Both the position numbers and the translations under genes were made by a program. The notes under the pieces are model-generated. The model worked only from the letters and a program-made list of their open reading frames with translations. It did no database searches and had not been told where the DNA came from. A DNA stretch of 63,987 nucleotides, the filler included, from Octopus bimaculoides (lineage: Eukaryota): assembly GCF_001194135.2 (NCBI RefSeq). It is 4 parts of 4 records of this genome, joined end to end, with 100 filler letters (N's around TTAATTAATTAA, not from the genome) between each part and the next. Parts side by side here need not be neighbours in the genome. Positions count along the whole stretch, not along the records: positions 25,278 to 46,597 come from NC_068987.1; 3 more parts are not named here. One strand, given 5' to 3'. Below, in pieces: positions 27,442 to 38,872 of the stretch. Each line of letters begins with the position of its first letter. Position 1 is the first letter of the stretch.

Positions 27442-28496
27442 GTGGCTAGTAATTTAACGGAGGAAGAGCACAAATGGATTTTGAAACAGTGCTGGAAGAC
27501 AGAGAACAGTGAACGCGTGCGAGAGCAGTTGCGAAAAACAATTGCATCGCCTGTACCAGCGAGGCTCATGATTCACCGCATACGGGACAAATTTGAGCGG
27601 ACGGGATCTATACACAACTTACCGAAGATTGGTCGACCAATCACCGTGACAACGCCAGAGAATGCAATGCAGGTCGCGCTGACATTTGCCAGAGCCATCA
27701 AAAATCGAAAAACAGGACGTCATCTGAATTGGATATTGAACGCAGATCGTTGGGTCGTTTGATACGCCGCGTAGGATTGAAAATGTACGTGCCACGATTA
27801 ATACATGCTTTATTGGAGGATGACTCAGATCAGCGTTTACCGTTTTGTAAAATCACTCTGAACGAGGACGGAGAGGCTGAGAGCATTCTGCGAAAAATCG
27901 TGTGTTCTGATGAAGCAAACTTTAATCTATCGGAAGCTTTTAATCGGCACAAGTGTGTGCACTACGCAACTGAAAACCCTAAAGCTACGATTGAGAAACA
28001 GCTCAATCAGCCTGGGGTGACAGTGTATGCTAGCCTGTCCTGCAAAGATGTCGTTGGACATATTCTGCAGGAGAGTGTTGATCAGCACGTGTATCTGAAC
28101 ATGCCAACGGATACAATCATACCACAAGTAAAGCGAACAATAGTAGCAGAACGACTTCAGCAGGATGATGCGCCACTGCACTTCGCACTCAGTGTGCATG
28201 TGTTACTTGACATAGAATTTCCCAACAGCTGAATTGGACGTCGGGGAGCCATCAACTAGCCACAGCATTCACCGGATCTCACCCTTATGAACATTTTTTT
28301 CTGGGAATGTGTAAAAGACAGATTTTTTGCGCGCATGCCACAGTCTGTTGATGCCATAATTCAGTTCATCCGAGAGACCTGCCAGAAAATCAACGCTGAT
28401 AAAGGCCTTTGTGTCAGAGTATGCATGGATGTCCACATTTGACTAGTGGAGTGTGTGAATGCAGGGGGAAAACAGTTTGAACATTTTAGGAATTAA
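27442..28496 (+). pseudogene. decayed Tc1/mariner transposase, rosa/DD41D-like spacing
   Basis: N-terminal ..MIHRIRDKFERTGSI..GRP, then IVCSDEANFNL, QQDDAPLH, *IGRRGAIN*PQHSPDLTLMNIFFW and C-terminal NAGGKQFEHF. 41 residues lie between the QQD aspartate and the position of the third D (now N). One frameshift near 27730 and three in-frame stops. Confidence 0.85.
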
Positions 28497-28626
28497 TGTT
28501 TATTATTGATATTTTTGTATAATCAACTAAAAATGCGTTTTGTGTGCAAGTTTTGTTTTTCCTTACTGTATACCTACTTTTGCAGCCCACCCTCTCTCTC
28601 TCTTTCTATATATATACATATATATG

Positions 28627-28676
<50 letters not shown>

Positions 28677-29580
28677 NNNNNNNNNNNNNNNNNNNNNNNN
28701 NNNNNNNNNNNNNNNNNNNNNNNNNNNNNNNNNNNNNNNNNNNNNNNNNNNNNNNNNNNNNNNNNNNNNNNNNNNNNNNNNNNNNNNNNNNNNNNNNNNN
28801 NNNNNNNNNNNNNNNNNNNNNNNNNNNNNNNNNNNNNNNNNNNNNNNNNNNNNNNNNNNNNNNNNNNNNNNNNNNNNNNNNNNNNNNNNNNNNNNNNNNN
28901 NNNNNNNNNNNNNNNNNNNNNNNNNNNNNNNNNNNNNNNNNNNNNNNNNNNNNNNNNNNNNNNNNNNNNNNNNNNNNNNNNNNNNNNNNNNNNNNNNNNN
29001 NNNNNNNNNNNNNNNNNNNNNNNNNNNNNNNNNNNNNNNNNNNNNNNNNNNNNNNNNNNNNNNNNNNNNNNNNNNNNNNNNNNNNNNNNNNNNNNNNNNN
29101 NNNNNNNNNNNNNNNNNNNNNNNNNNNNNNNNNNNNNNNNNNNNNNNNNNNNNNNNNNNNNNNNNNNNNNNNNNNNNNNNNNNNNNNAATCACAGAAAAA
29201 GTAAAAGAAAAAGTTATTTCAGATTCTCAGTTTAAACATTCACCAAATAAAAAAGAAAAAAAAAACAGAACAAGAGAATAAAGTAAGAAAAAAGAAAAAG
29301 TTGAAAAAAAAAAAGACGCAGTTTGGGGTACAGGAAATTTGAAACCGTAAATTCTAAACTAGATTAGTTGAAACATGACCTTACAGACACAACTGAAAGA
29401 CTAAAATATAAATCGACATCTAAATAAATGCTGAATAGGCTGTTTTTTTCCCGAAGTGCCTATCGTAACTTTAACATAAAAATAGTACAATTAAAGTAAA
29501 TGATACACTATAAGAAGGACAATTTGAAAACCACTGAAAGTTTATATAGGGAAGTAATGGTGTAAGTTTCAGCAAGCAGG

Positions 29581-29790
29581 CTCAATGTATGGAAGGTCTG
29601 AGGCGAGGAGATAATGATAATAAGTCTTAGCAAGTAGTCTCAATGTATGGAAGGTCTAAAGCGATGAGGAAAGCAATGACATAAGCCTCAACGCATGACA
29701 GATATAAGGCTCAATGTATGGAAGGTCTAGAGCGGAGAGAGAATGTAACGATGTAAGTTTCAATGCATAGGATCTTTCAGAAGCGACTCT
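29581..29790. repeat. degenerate minisatellite with a perfectly conserved 19-bp core CTCAATGTATGGAAGGTCT x3
   Basis: Exact copies at 29581, 29639, 29710; a partial fourth near 29760. Confidence 0.85.
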
Positions 29791-30578
29791 GTTGAGAACC
29801 TGTTGATCGAAAACAATACGAAATATACTAAAATGTTCCTCGTCACATGACGGATAACTTCGGAAATGTATGTTTGCCAACATAGGTAATGTCAGGAAAT
29901 ATGGCACACATGCAATAATTATAACTTGAATTTTTATAAAGTTTCTCGATGCTTATACAAAATATTAAGAGGAATACTCATTTTCAAAAGGTTCCAGAAG
30001 ATCTACGTTTTAACTAGGCAAAGTTTTGCACGATATATTTTATTTATGTAAATAAAGAAATTATTGATGCTATCTCACGGCTTTATTTCATAGGTTCTTC
30101 AATTTTACGATCTTACTTTAGGCGAAGTAGGTAGAAAAAAGCCCGCCTGGAAATCGGCTTTATTTGTGTTGTGATGTGTGTGTGTGTATGTGTGTGTGTA
30201 CATACACATGTATGTACGTACATACATGTGTATGTGTGTTTGTACATACACATGTATGTACGTACATACACATATATACATATATGCGTGCGCGTGTGTG
30301 TGTGTGGGCAAGTCGAAGAATTTCTATTTCGAATGAGATAGCATAATGGTTAACCAACGCTTAGAACTCCATGCAAATCCATGTATATCCAAATTCTATT
30401 CAACTGTTAAACACAATTTATCCTACGATTGTATTTTACTATTATATATACTTGAACAATTTACAGAGCAGAATAAAACAGGAGATTTAGTTTATTTATT
30501 CTTGAATTACATAATCTTTACACGTGTTTCACAAGCGAATACTGTTATGGTAATCGTTACGTGGATTATCGATAATAA

Positions 30579-32914
30579 CACTGGTCAACAAGTATTTTTT
30601 CTCAAGCATATATCAAGGTGCATTTAGTGTAGTTTTTAATACTGATTTAAAATATACAATTAGTTTTTTGACATCATGTACAGTTTTCAAAATGAGAGAG
30701 TTTTTTTGGTTTTAGCTCATGCATTATATAGAAATTCCAATTAATGACGTGTATGCATGTATTTCATTTACATCATGGAAATATACCTTTAAAATAAACT
30801 ACATTATTCATTGCTGCATAGTTCAGATGCAATATTTTATCATCTTAAATTAACCAATCAAGTTTTGTCTGATGAAATAGGTACCTCAATATCTCAAATT
30901 GTCCAGTCATAATTGGTCTGATGAAATATTTCATCATCTCAAATTGAATATAAATATAATCGATTGTATCTATTTTCTTACTTGTTTTACAGAGTTAACA
31001 ATGTCAAGACAGTGTAGAAATCGTCCTGATGTGTTTTGTTATGTATGTGGACAGTTTATTGTGAAAGTTCAAAAACGTAGAATAACACCAGAGATGAAGA
31101 AGATTTATAAGCTATACTTTGACTGTCCTCTTGGAGATCAGGACAAGTTATGGGCACCACATTTTATCTGCTCAGCTTGCTCAAATGTCTTACGTGACTA
31201 GTTCAATAAGAAGAAGTCCATGCCTTTTGCCATTTCAATGATATGGAGGGAGCCGACAGACTGTTATTTTTGCAAAGTAAATGTCACAGGATTTTCTATG
31301 AAGAATAAACGCAAAATTTGTATCCCAAGTTGGATTCTGCAATGAGACCTATGCCAATTCCAGTTCCACCAGTTGATGGTATTAAAACATCAGATGATGC
31401 TGCTGTCAGGAGAGTGCTGCTGAGGAAGATTACACGACTGATAACGATAGCTTTGGACCTCAGAAATTTTCCCAAGATGAACTGAATGACCCTGTCAGAG
31501 ACCTATCCCTCTCAAAAGATAAAGCAGAACTGTTGGCATCAAGACTGTAGGAGAAGTATCTGTTAGCACGGTATTCATATAACTTATTTTCGGCTGAAAA
31601 ATGTGGTTCTACAAACGTGTTTTTCTGTTGAACGCCCGCTTTGCTTTTGCAGTAACATCGATGGACTTTTCGAATGTTTATCACAAAATCATGATCCTGC
31701 AGAGTGGCATGTTATTGACCCTTCAAAACGAAGTTTAAAAGCTGTACTACTCCATAACGATAACTTGAAGCCCCCCCCCCATTCCTATTGCACACTCCGT
31801 TCATCTTCATGGATCATATGAGAATATGGATCTTTTACGTCATGCCATTGCCCATGAAAGATACTCATGAAAAATATGTAGGGATCTGTTAATGGGAATG
31901 TAGTCAAGTTTCACAAAACCTGACTGTATTTTTTCTTGTGTCTACGGGATAGTTGGGTAACTGACAGACATGATTCGCAATCAAACTGGCAGACAAGAAC
32001 ATCATCTCAGCCAGGACTGTCAAGCGTCAAGAATACACCTCTTGTAGATCCATGTAATGTCCTATTGCCTCCTTTTCACATAAAGCTTGGACCGGTGAAA
32101 CAGTTTGTAAAGACACTAGGGGAGAGAAATGCCAGAGGGTTTGAGTATATTGCAGAAAAGTTAACCAAAATCACACAGGCGAAGTTGAAATGAGGGTATC
32201 TTTGTCGTACTCCAAATTAGAGAAGTGCTCAAAGATGTCAACTTCAAGACAACACTGGATGAACTGGAGCTGCCTGTCTGGAATTCTTTCAATTGGATCT
32301 GTGAGAATTTCTTGGACAACAAGATGGCAATGGACTACAAGGATGGCATCAAGAATCTTCCGAAATGTTAATCGGCAATGGGTTGTCGCGTGTCACTGTA
32401 AGTTCACTTCTTGGACTCCCATCTGGATTTCTTTGCAGATAACCCTGGAACAGTGTCTGATGACCATGGTGAAAGATTTCACCAGGATATTAGTGCTCTG
32501 GAGAAACGGTACCAAGGCTTCTGGAATGACAGTATACTGGTTGACTACTGCTGGACAGTTTACCGTGATCAACCAGATCAGGAACACCGTAGGAAATCCA
32601 ATTCACAATGTTTCTAACTCTGCTGTTCTAACTTTGTTTTGTCTGTCCCATTTTTTCTGTATTCACTCTTTGTAGAATGATAGTGATGATTTTTAACTCA
32701 ATAAACTCATTTACATTCCAAAAATAATGTCCTTCTTTATTATGTTAATGGTTTCATATATACAAATGTCTAAATATTTGTATGTATCTGCTGAAAAACT
32801 GATACGTGCTGCATACAAATGGAGTAACATTTTGAAGTCAGCATGAAAAATTAGTCTAAAAATGTTGGTGTGCATTCATAATGAGGATAATACAGTTAAT
32901 TTTGTTGACCGGTG
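30579..32914 (+). mobile_element. Chapaev3-like (CMC superfamily) DNA transposon, both ends present
   Basis: TIRs CACTGGTCAACAA (30579-30591) and TTGTTGACCGGTG (32902-32914), 12/13 match; TAA on both flanks (30576-30578, 32915-32917); internal transposase remnant. Family name rests on recalled CACTG termini and TWA TSD. Confidence 0.75.
31001..32617 (+). pseudogene. fragmented Chapaev3-type transposase
   Basis: MSRQCRNRPDVFCYVCG..YFDCPLGDQDKLWAPHFICSAC..IWREPTDCYFC (Cys-rich N terminus), VIDPSKRSLKAVLLHN, HIKLG..KQFVK, SHLDFFADNPGTVSDDHGERFHQDI..RYQG..DYCW; many frameshifts and stops. Confidence 0.85.
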
Positions 32915-33027
32915 TAATGGATTAAATTACTAGTTTGTTTTGAAGATCTGGTATTTTGATATGATTATGTAATCGTCCACGTAACAATTAGCACACATAC
33001 TGGTATTCATTAGTGACACTCGCGTAA

Positions 33028-33104
33028 AATTACAGGACCCAATAAATTACAGGACTAAATTACAGGACTCAATTACAGGACTCAATTATAGGATTCAATT
33101 ACAA
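33028..33104. repeat. about 13-bp tandem repeat (AATTACAGGACTC) x6, degenerate
   Basis: Directly visible. Confidence 0.85.
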
Positions 33105-34084
33105 GTGTAAAATATTCTAAAAACATTGTCATCCCAGTGATGGCATTGCTCAACTTGGACTACACTCTAATTGGAAATAAGTAGATTAATAGCATAAGAA
33201 TTCACGTGCATGCAGCTTGAGTATGGGACAACGGGTTAGTGTAGCAACATGCCAATTTCAAAGACCTGTTGGAACTCGGACAATTGGAGACAAACCAAAA
33301 AAAAGCAAAGAAACAAACAAGCAAATGCCGGTATTTTAATGTAGAGTTTACGGATGCCAACCATATTTGGCAGAATAAATATTGCTAAGACGTTTTTTAA
33401 AGTTTAAGGGGGTGAAGGGATTCGGAAGGGCCATCAGGAAATGTAATGCAGATATTTGTTGTTTACTCTTTATAACATTGTTACCACGCAGGTGGCCTGT
33501 TAAAATAAATATTTAAACTTTAATCACGAAGGGAAATAATATATGCACACTTAGTTATATACACACACACACGGACATATACATATATATATATATACAT
33601 GCATGCACGTATGTGTGCATGTATGTATCTATAAATATATACATACATACATACATACATACATACGTACAAGCATATATATAGATAGATAAATGCACAG
33701 ATAGACACACGTACACACATACACACGCACGTACATTCACAGATAGACACACGTACACACATACACATCCACGTACATTCACACAGACACACACACATAT
33801 ACTATACTCATCTTCCATGGATTCAGCTACATAAATTCACACACACGCGTATACATATGCACACACACAAACACACACACACACAAACACACACGTGCAT
33901 ACGCATAGGCATACACACGCACACGCGTACAAACACAGACACAGACACCGACACATATAGAAGACCACCCCCACCGAATCCCACCAGCGCTTCCACCACG
34001 ATGTGACAGGTTAATTAATTCCAACTAACTAAGTGCCTCCAGCAAATGGTAAATATTTATTCAATGCTATGATACTTGAGTGGT

Positions 34085-34134
34085 TCAGACAGGTGTGCTG
34101 CCGACAGTCGATGGTGACATGAATCGGTTCATAC
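34085..34134 (-). CDS. candidate terminal coding exon of the EGF-repeat gene ([16 protein letters not shown])
   Basis: Minus strand: branch-like CTTAC about 29 nt upstream, AG-free pyrimidine tract, CAG acceptor at 34137-34135, phase-1 compatible with the EGF exon, TGA at 34087-34085, AATAAA at 34061-34056. No homology support. Confidence 0.35.
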
Positions 34135-34202
34135 CTGGAGACGAAGCCAAGCCAGAAAAGAGGTAAGTGTGTGTGTGTGTGTATGTGTGTATGTGTGTAT
34201 GT

Positions 34203-34242
<40 letters not shown>

Positions 34243-34415
34243 GTGCGCGTGCGTGCTTGTATGTATGTGTGTAAGAGGTGAAAGTTGGCGACGGATGGTT
34301 CTAGGCTGTTAGTGGAATTAGGAGGTAAGAAATACCTACCTGCCTACTTAAAGACACACTATCAAATATTCGCACAAATGTGCTAAGCAACATGACTTTA
34401 TACATATATACATAC

Positions 34416-34463
<48 letters not shown>

Positions 34464-34505
34464 ATATATATATATATATATTCTCTGTGTTTATTTCCTT
34501 GTGTT

Positions 34506-34575
34506 CCTTTCTATTGAAGAGCGTATGCTCGAAATGTAAAAAAAACTTTCTCACCTTCCCGAGCGTCAAACTATA
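34506..34575 (+). mobile_element. hammerhead-like repeat, degenerate copy
   Basis: ccttt-ctattga-a-gagc(gtat)gctc-gaaat-gta-aaaaa..ttcccgagcgtcaaact; same family as 10382 and 49075. Confidence 0.6.
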
Positions 34576-35239
34576 TATGTGTATGTATGTATGTATGTAT
34601 GTATGTATGTATGTATGTATGTATGTATGTATATATGCATGTACGTGTATGCATATATGTGTGTGTGTGTATATAAATATATATATACTTATACATTTAT
34701 ATGTATGTGTGTATACATATACAAACATACATACATGTATATATATATATANNNNNNNNNNTGTTGTTATTATTATTATTATTATTATTATCATTATTAT
34801 TATTATTAAACAGACAGACATATAGATAGATAAATAGACAGACAGATAAACAGACAGGTAGACAGATAGATAGATACACACACATATATACGCACACATA
34901 TGTAGAGATGCACACATACATATACATATATGCAGTCAAATATCTTTTAAATTACACTGTACTGTCTTATCATTAAAGGGAACGTTTGGTAGTGTTGTCC
35001 AAGGTACACTACGTAAAAATCATTATACAAAATTGGTCGGGTCGAAGAGGCAAAGATGGTGTATAAAGTATGGTTCGAAATTGATAGGAACAAAGCCTGT
35101 TGTTGTTTAACCTCGTGTCAGTCACAGTCTAAAAGTTTCTATGATCAAAGTTATTCCAGTTGTGACCATCCCGTGTTTTATGAGTATTTAAGTCTACATT
35201 CCACCGATATGTCTTTTCCTTGGTTGATGATGGAGTAGG

Positions 35240-35624
35240 AGTGGAGACGCAATGGCTCAGTGGTTAGGGCAGCGGACTTGCGGTCATAGGATCGCGGTTT
35301 CGATTCCCACACCGGGCGTTGTGAGTGTTTATTGAGCGAAAACACCTAAAGCTCCACGAGGCTCCGGCAGGGGATGGTGGCGAACCCTGCTGTACTCTTC
35401 CACCACAGCTTCCTCTCACTCTTACTTCCTGTTTCTGTTGTGCTTGTAATTCAACGGGTCAGTCTTGTCACACTGTCACGCTGAATCTCACCCGAGAACT
35501 ACGTTAAGGGTACACGTGTCTGTGGAGTGCTCAGCCACTTGCACGTTAATTTCACGAGCAGGCTGTTCCGTTGATCGGATCAACTGGAACCCCCGACATC
35601 GTAAGCGACGGAGTGCCAGCAACC
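35240..35624 (+). mobile_element. full-length tRNA-derived SINE, body 1 + tail T2, with 11-bp TSD
   Basis: A box TGGCTCAGTGG, B box GGTTTCGATTCC; GATGGAGTAGG duplicated at 35229-35239 and 35625-35635. Confidence 0.9.
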
Positions 35625-35797
35625 GATGGAGTAGGGCTTGATTTGAGGAAACCTGATTGTTTTTCCTTGCAGATCGAAGGACAACCTAGAGATTTCCTCG
35701 TCGGCTCGTGGAAGCCGTTGTAATAGCGATACAAAAAGCAAAGAGAAACAAAACAAAGCAAAACAAATATAAATCATAAAAAATGTCATAATCTTAC

Positions 35798-37237
35798 CTG
35801 TGTATTTGAAGTGCGAGCACGTCTGCCCGTCGTAATTTTTGGTGCATTGACATTGAAAGCTGTTTGTTAATTGTATACATCGACCTCCATGAGTACAAGG
35901 GTTGGGTGTACATGTAGTCTTCTTTATTTGACAATGCTTGCCGTAGAAACCGGGGGCACATTTGCAAACGTATTTTCCTAGCTGTTCTAAGCAGCGGCCC
36001 CCGTTGAGACAAGGGCTTGAAAAACATTCGTTTCTGAGTTCACATAATGTTCCTAAGATACCTGGTGGGCATACACATTTTAGGTCACCTTTAGCTGGTT
36101 CGTAAACACATTTACCGTTATTTTGACACGGTTGAGGATTACATGGGTCGAGAAGATCAGAACACGTTTTACCTGTAAATCCTTGTTTGCATTCACAGTA
36201 GAAGCTAGCTTTATAACTAACGCATATACCGCCATTCTTACAAGGCTTATGATCGCATGGATACCGCTTATGTTGGCACTTTTTACCCCAGAAAGTAAAC
36301 GGACATTTGCAAGCATAGCCGTTGATTCGATCAATACAAGTTCCACCATTTTGACAAGAGTTGACTGTGCAGTCGTTCAAATTGGTCGAACAATTGTAGC
36401 CAGTGAATCCTTTCTTGCAATCACACGAGTAAGTGCCATAGGCGTTTTCACAACGACCGCCATTTTCACAAGGATTATCCAGGCATTCGTCAATGTCGTG
36501 CTCACACAGACGTCCTTTCCAGCCCGATGTGCAGCTACAATAGAATGTATTGGCTACAGAACTACATGATGCTCCATTGTGACACTCGTTTATAAGACAA
36601 TGGTCAACGTAATTCTCACAAAACTGACCAATACGACCCTCTGGACAGAGACATTTGAATCCTGGATTATGTTCAGATATTTCGTCATCATCATTTGTGG
36701 TTGCAACACAAGTTGCATCAGCAGAACAAGGGTTTTTGTCGCATTCTTTACCGGTGACTACTTCACAATAGGGCCCCATCACACCAGCAGGACATTTACA
36801 TACGAATCCGCCTTCTTTATAAGGCAGACAGCTACCACCGTTTTGACATTTGATCATTTTACAGGTCTGTCCGGGTATAACTCCATCGGTACGGTTTTCA
36901 CAAGACGGACCCGTGTAGCCACCAAGACAGACACAGTGATAAGTGTCTTCGCTATCCGCAACACATTTGCCACCATTCAAACACGATATTCCACGGCAAG
37001 TATTGATCGGGGTTTCACATGTCGAACCCGTATAACCATAAGGGCAAGCACACATGAAACCGTTTATAAAGTCCCTACAGACACCATTGTTTTGGCATGG
37101 GTTCGATTCACATTCGTAAATATCAGATTCACATTTGGCTCCTGAAAATCCTGGTCGACATAAACAGTTGAAGTTATTTCCGAGGTCCAAACAGTTGCCT
37201 TCGTTCAAACACGGAGAAACTTCGCATGGATTCGATC
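35798..37237 (-). CDS. internal exon encoding 12 tandem EGF-like repeats (Notch/Crumbs/Eyes shut/fibropellin-like extracellular protein)
   Basis: Open 1440 nt. Acceptor atttcag|GA at 37238/37237, donor ACAG|gtaag at 35798/35797, phase 1-1. Twelve six-cysteine modules from (G)SNPCEVSPCLNEGNC to ..NYDGQTCSHFKYT; calcium-binding-type DIDEC and several CxD/NxxxxF/YxC motifs. Orthology cannot be assigned from this exon alone. Confidence 0.93.
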
Positions 37238-37957
37238 CTGAAATAGAGATATAACAATGAAAGAATGTTTAGTTATTGAAAAAGAACAAAAATGGACTTC
37301 ATTATTGTTGTTAAACTTCAGAGAAAAAAGAAATGCATACGTATGTATGTCATCATTCAGTTTATTTCAAGATGTCTTACCAATAGAGAAAGAACCGGTT
37401 TCTAATCTAGATCCAAGGTTCCTTCATTAGAATTTCAACATCGACAACAGGGTATTTTTATTTGTATGTATGTATGTATGTATGTATGTGCAGATTTGTA
37501 TGTTTTATGTATGTATTCTCATAATAAGAGAGACTATGTATGCCTGTTTGTGTGTGCGTATGTTTGTGAGTGTATGTAAAAAAGCAGGGAAGACGTGTAT
37601 ATTAGAGAAAAGTGTGTGTGTGTTTGCGTGTTTGAGTGTGTATGTGTATGAAAAGAGAGAATGGTGGGTGTATGTGTGTGCTTCAGAAAGAAAGAGGATA
37701 TGAGTATATATGTATGCATGTGTGTGATAAGACCGAAAACATTCGCATATATATATATATGTGCACACCAAAAGGCACATACACATATGCGTTAAAATAC
37801 ACAAAGGATGTGCATATATGTGAGCAAATGAGAAAATAGTATGAAAGAAAATAAGTGTTATTATGTATACATGTATGTATGTATGTATGTATGTATGTAT
37901 GTATCAAAATAGTGTATGCATGCATTGTGTGTTAGAAACACAGATAGATAGACATAA

Positions 37958-38600
37958 GGCGTGGGCGTGGCTGTGTGGTAAGAAGCTTGTTTCCCAACCA
38001 CATAATTCTGGGTTCAGTCCAATGCGTGGTACCTCGGGTGAGTGTCTTCTACTATAACCTCGCTCGGACCGACCAAAGTCTTGTGAGTGGATTTGGTAGA
38101 CGGAAACTGAAGAAGCCCGCCGGATATATATATATATATATANNNNNNNNNNNNNNNNNNNNNNNNNNNNNNNNNNNNNNNNNNNNNNNNNNNNNNNNNN
38201 NNNNNNNNNNNNNNNNNNNNNNNNNNNNNNNNNNNNNNNNNNNNNNNNNNNNNNNNNNNNNNNNNNNNNNNNNNNNNNNNNNNNNNNNNNNNNNNNNNNN
38301 NNNNNNNNNNNNNNNNNNNNNNNNNNNNNNNNNNNNNNNNNNNNNNNNNNNNNNNNNNNNNNNNNNNNNNNNNNNNNNNNNNNNNNNNNNNNNNNNNNNN
38401 NNNNNNNNNNNNNNNNNNNNNNNNNNNNNNNNNNNNNNNNNNNNNNNNNNNNNNNNNNNNNNNNNNNNNNNNNNNNNNNNNNNNNNNNNNNNNNNNNNNN
38501 NNNNNNNNNNNNNNNNNNNNNNNNNNNNNNNNNNNNNNNNNNNNNNNNNNNNNNNNNNNNNNNNNNNNNNNNNNNNNNNNNNNNTCCCTATATATTTATG

Positions 38601-38643
<43 letters not shown>

Positions 38644-38872
38644 ATGTATATATATATATACATATATGTGTGTGTATTTTCCCCTCCCCCTATTGCTTGA
38701 CAACTGGTGTTGGTGCGTTTACGTCCCCGTCACTTAGCGGTTTGGCAAAAGAAACCGATAGAATAAGTACCAGTACTTTTAAAAAATAACTCCTGTGGTC
38801 AGTTCATTCGGCTAAAAAGTCAAGGCGGTGCTCCAGCATGACCACAGTCTAATGACTGAAACAAGTAAAAGA
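37958..38872 (+). mobile_element. SINE family A spanning an internal microsatellite and gap
   Basis: Head ggcgtgggcgtggctgtgtggtaag..gggttcagtcc, body to gaagcccg, (TA)n plus gap, tail 38680-38872. Confidence 0.85.

Noticed and set aside
29581-29790. CRISPR-like repeat-spacer pattern
   Set aside because: Only three 19-bp repeats, the spacers are homologous to each other and unequal, there are no cas genes, and the context is eukaryotic.
35242-35315. tRNA gene (also the heads at 23300-23374, 24165-24240, 41305-41378)
   Set aside because: A and B boxes are present but there is no complete cloverleaf, and each continues into a SINE body.
35580-35797. C-terminal hydrophobic extension of the 542-aa ORF (KIMTFFMIYICFALFCFSLLFV..) as a transmembrane segment
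   Set aside because: It lies past a consensus CAG|GTAAG donor, is T-rich intron-like sequence and runs into a SINE; the ORF start (TTG at 37208) is likewise internal to the exon. Intron retention cannot be fully excluded.
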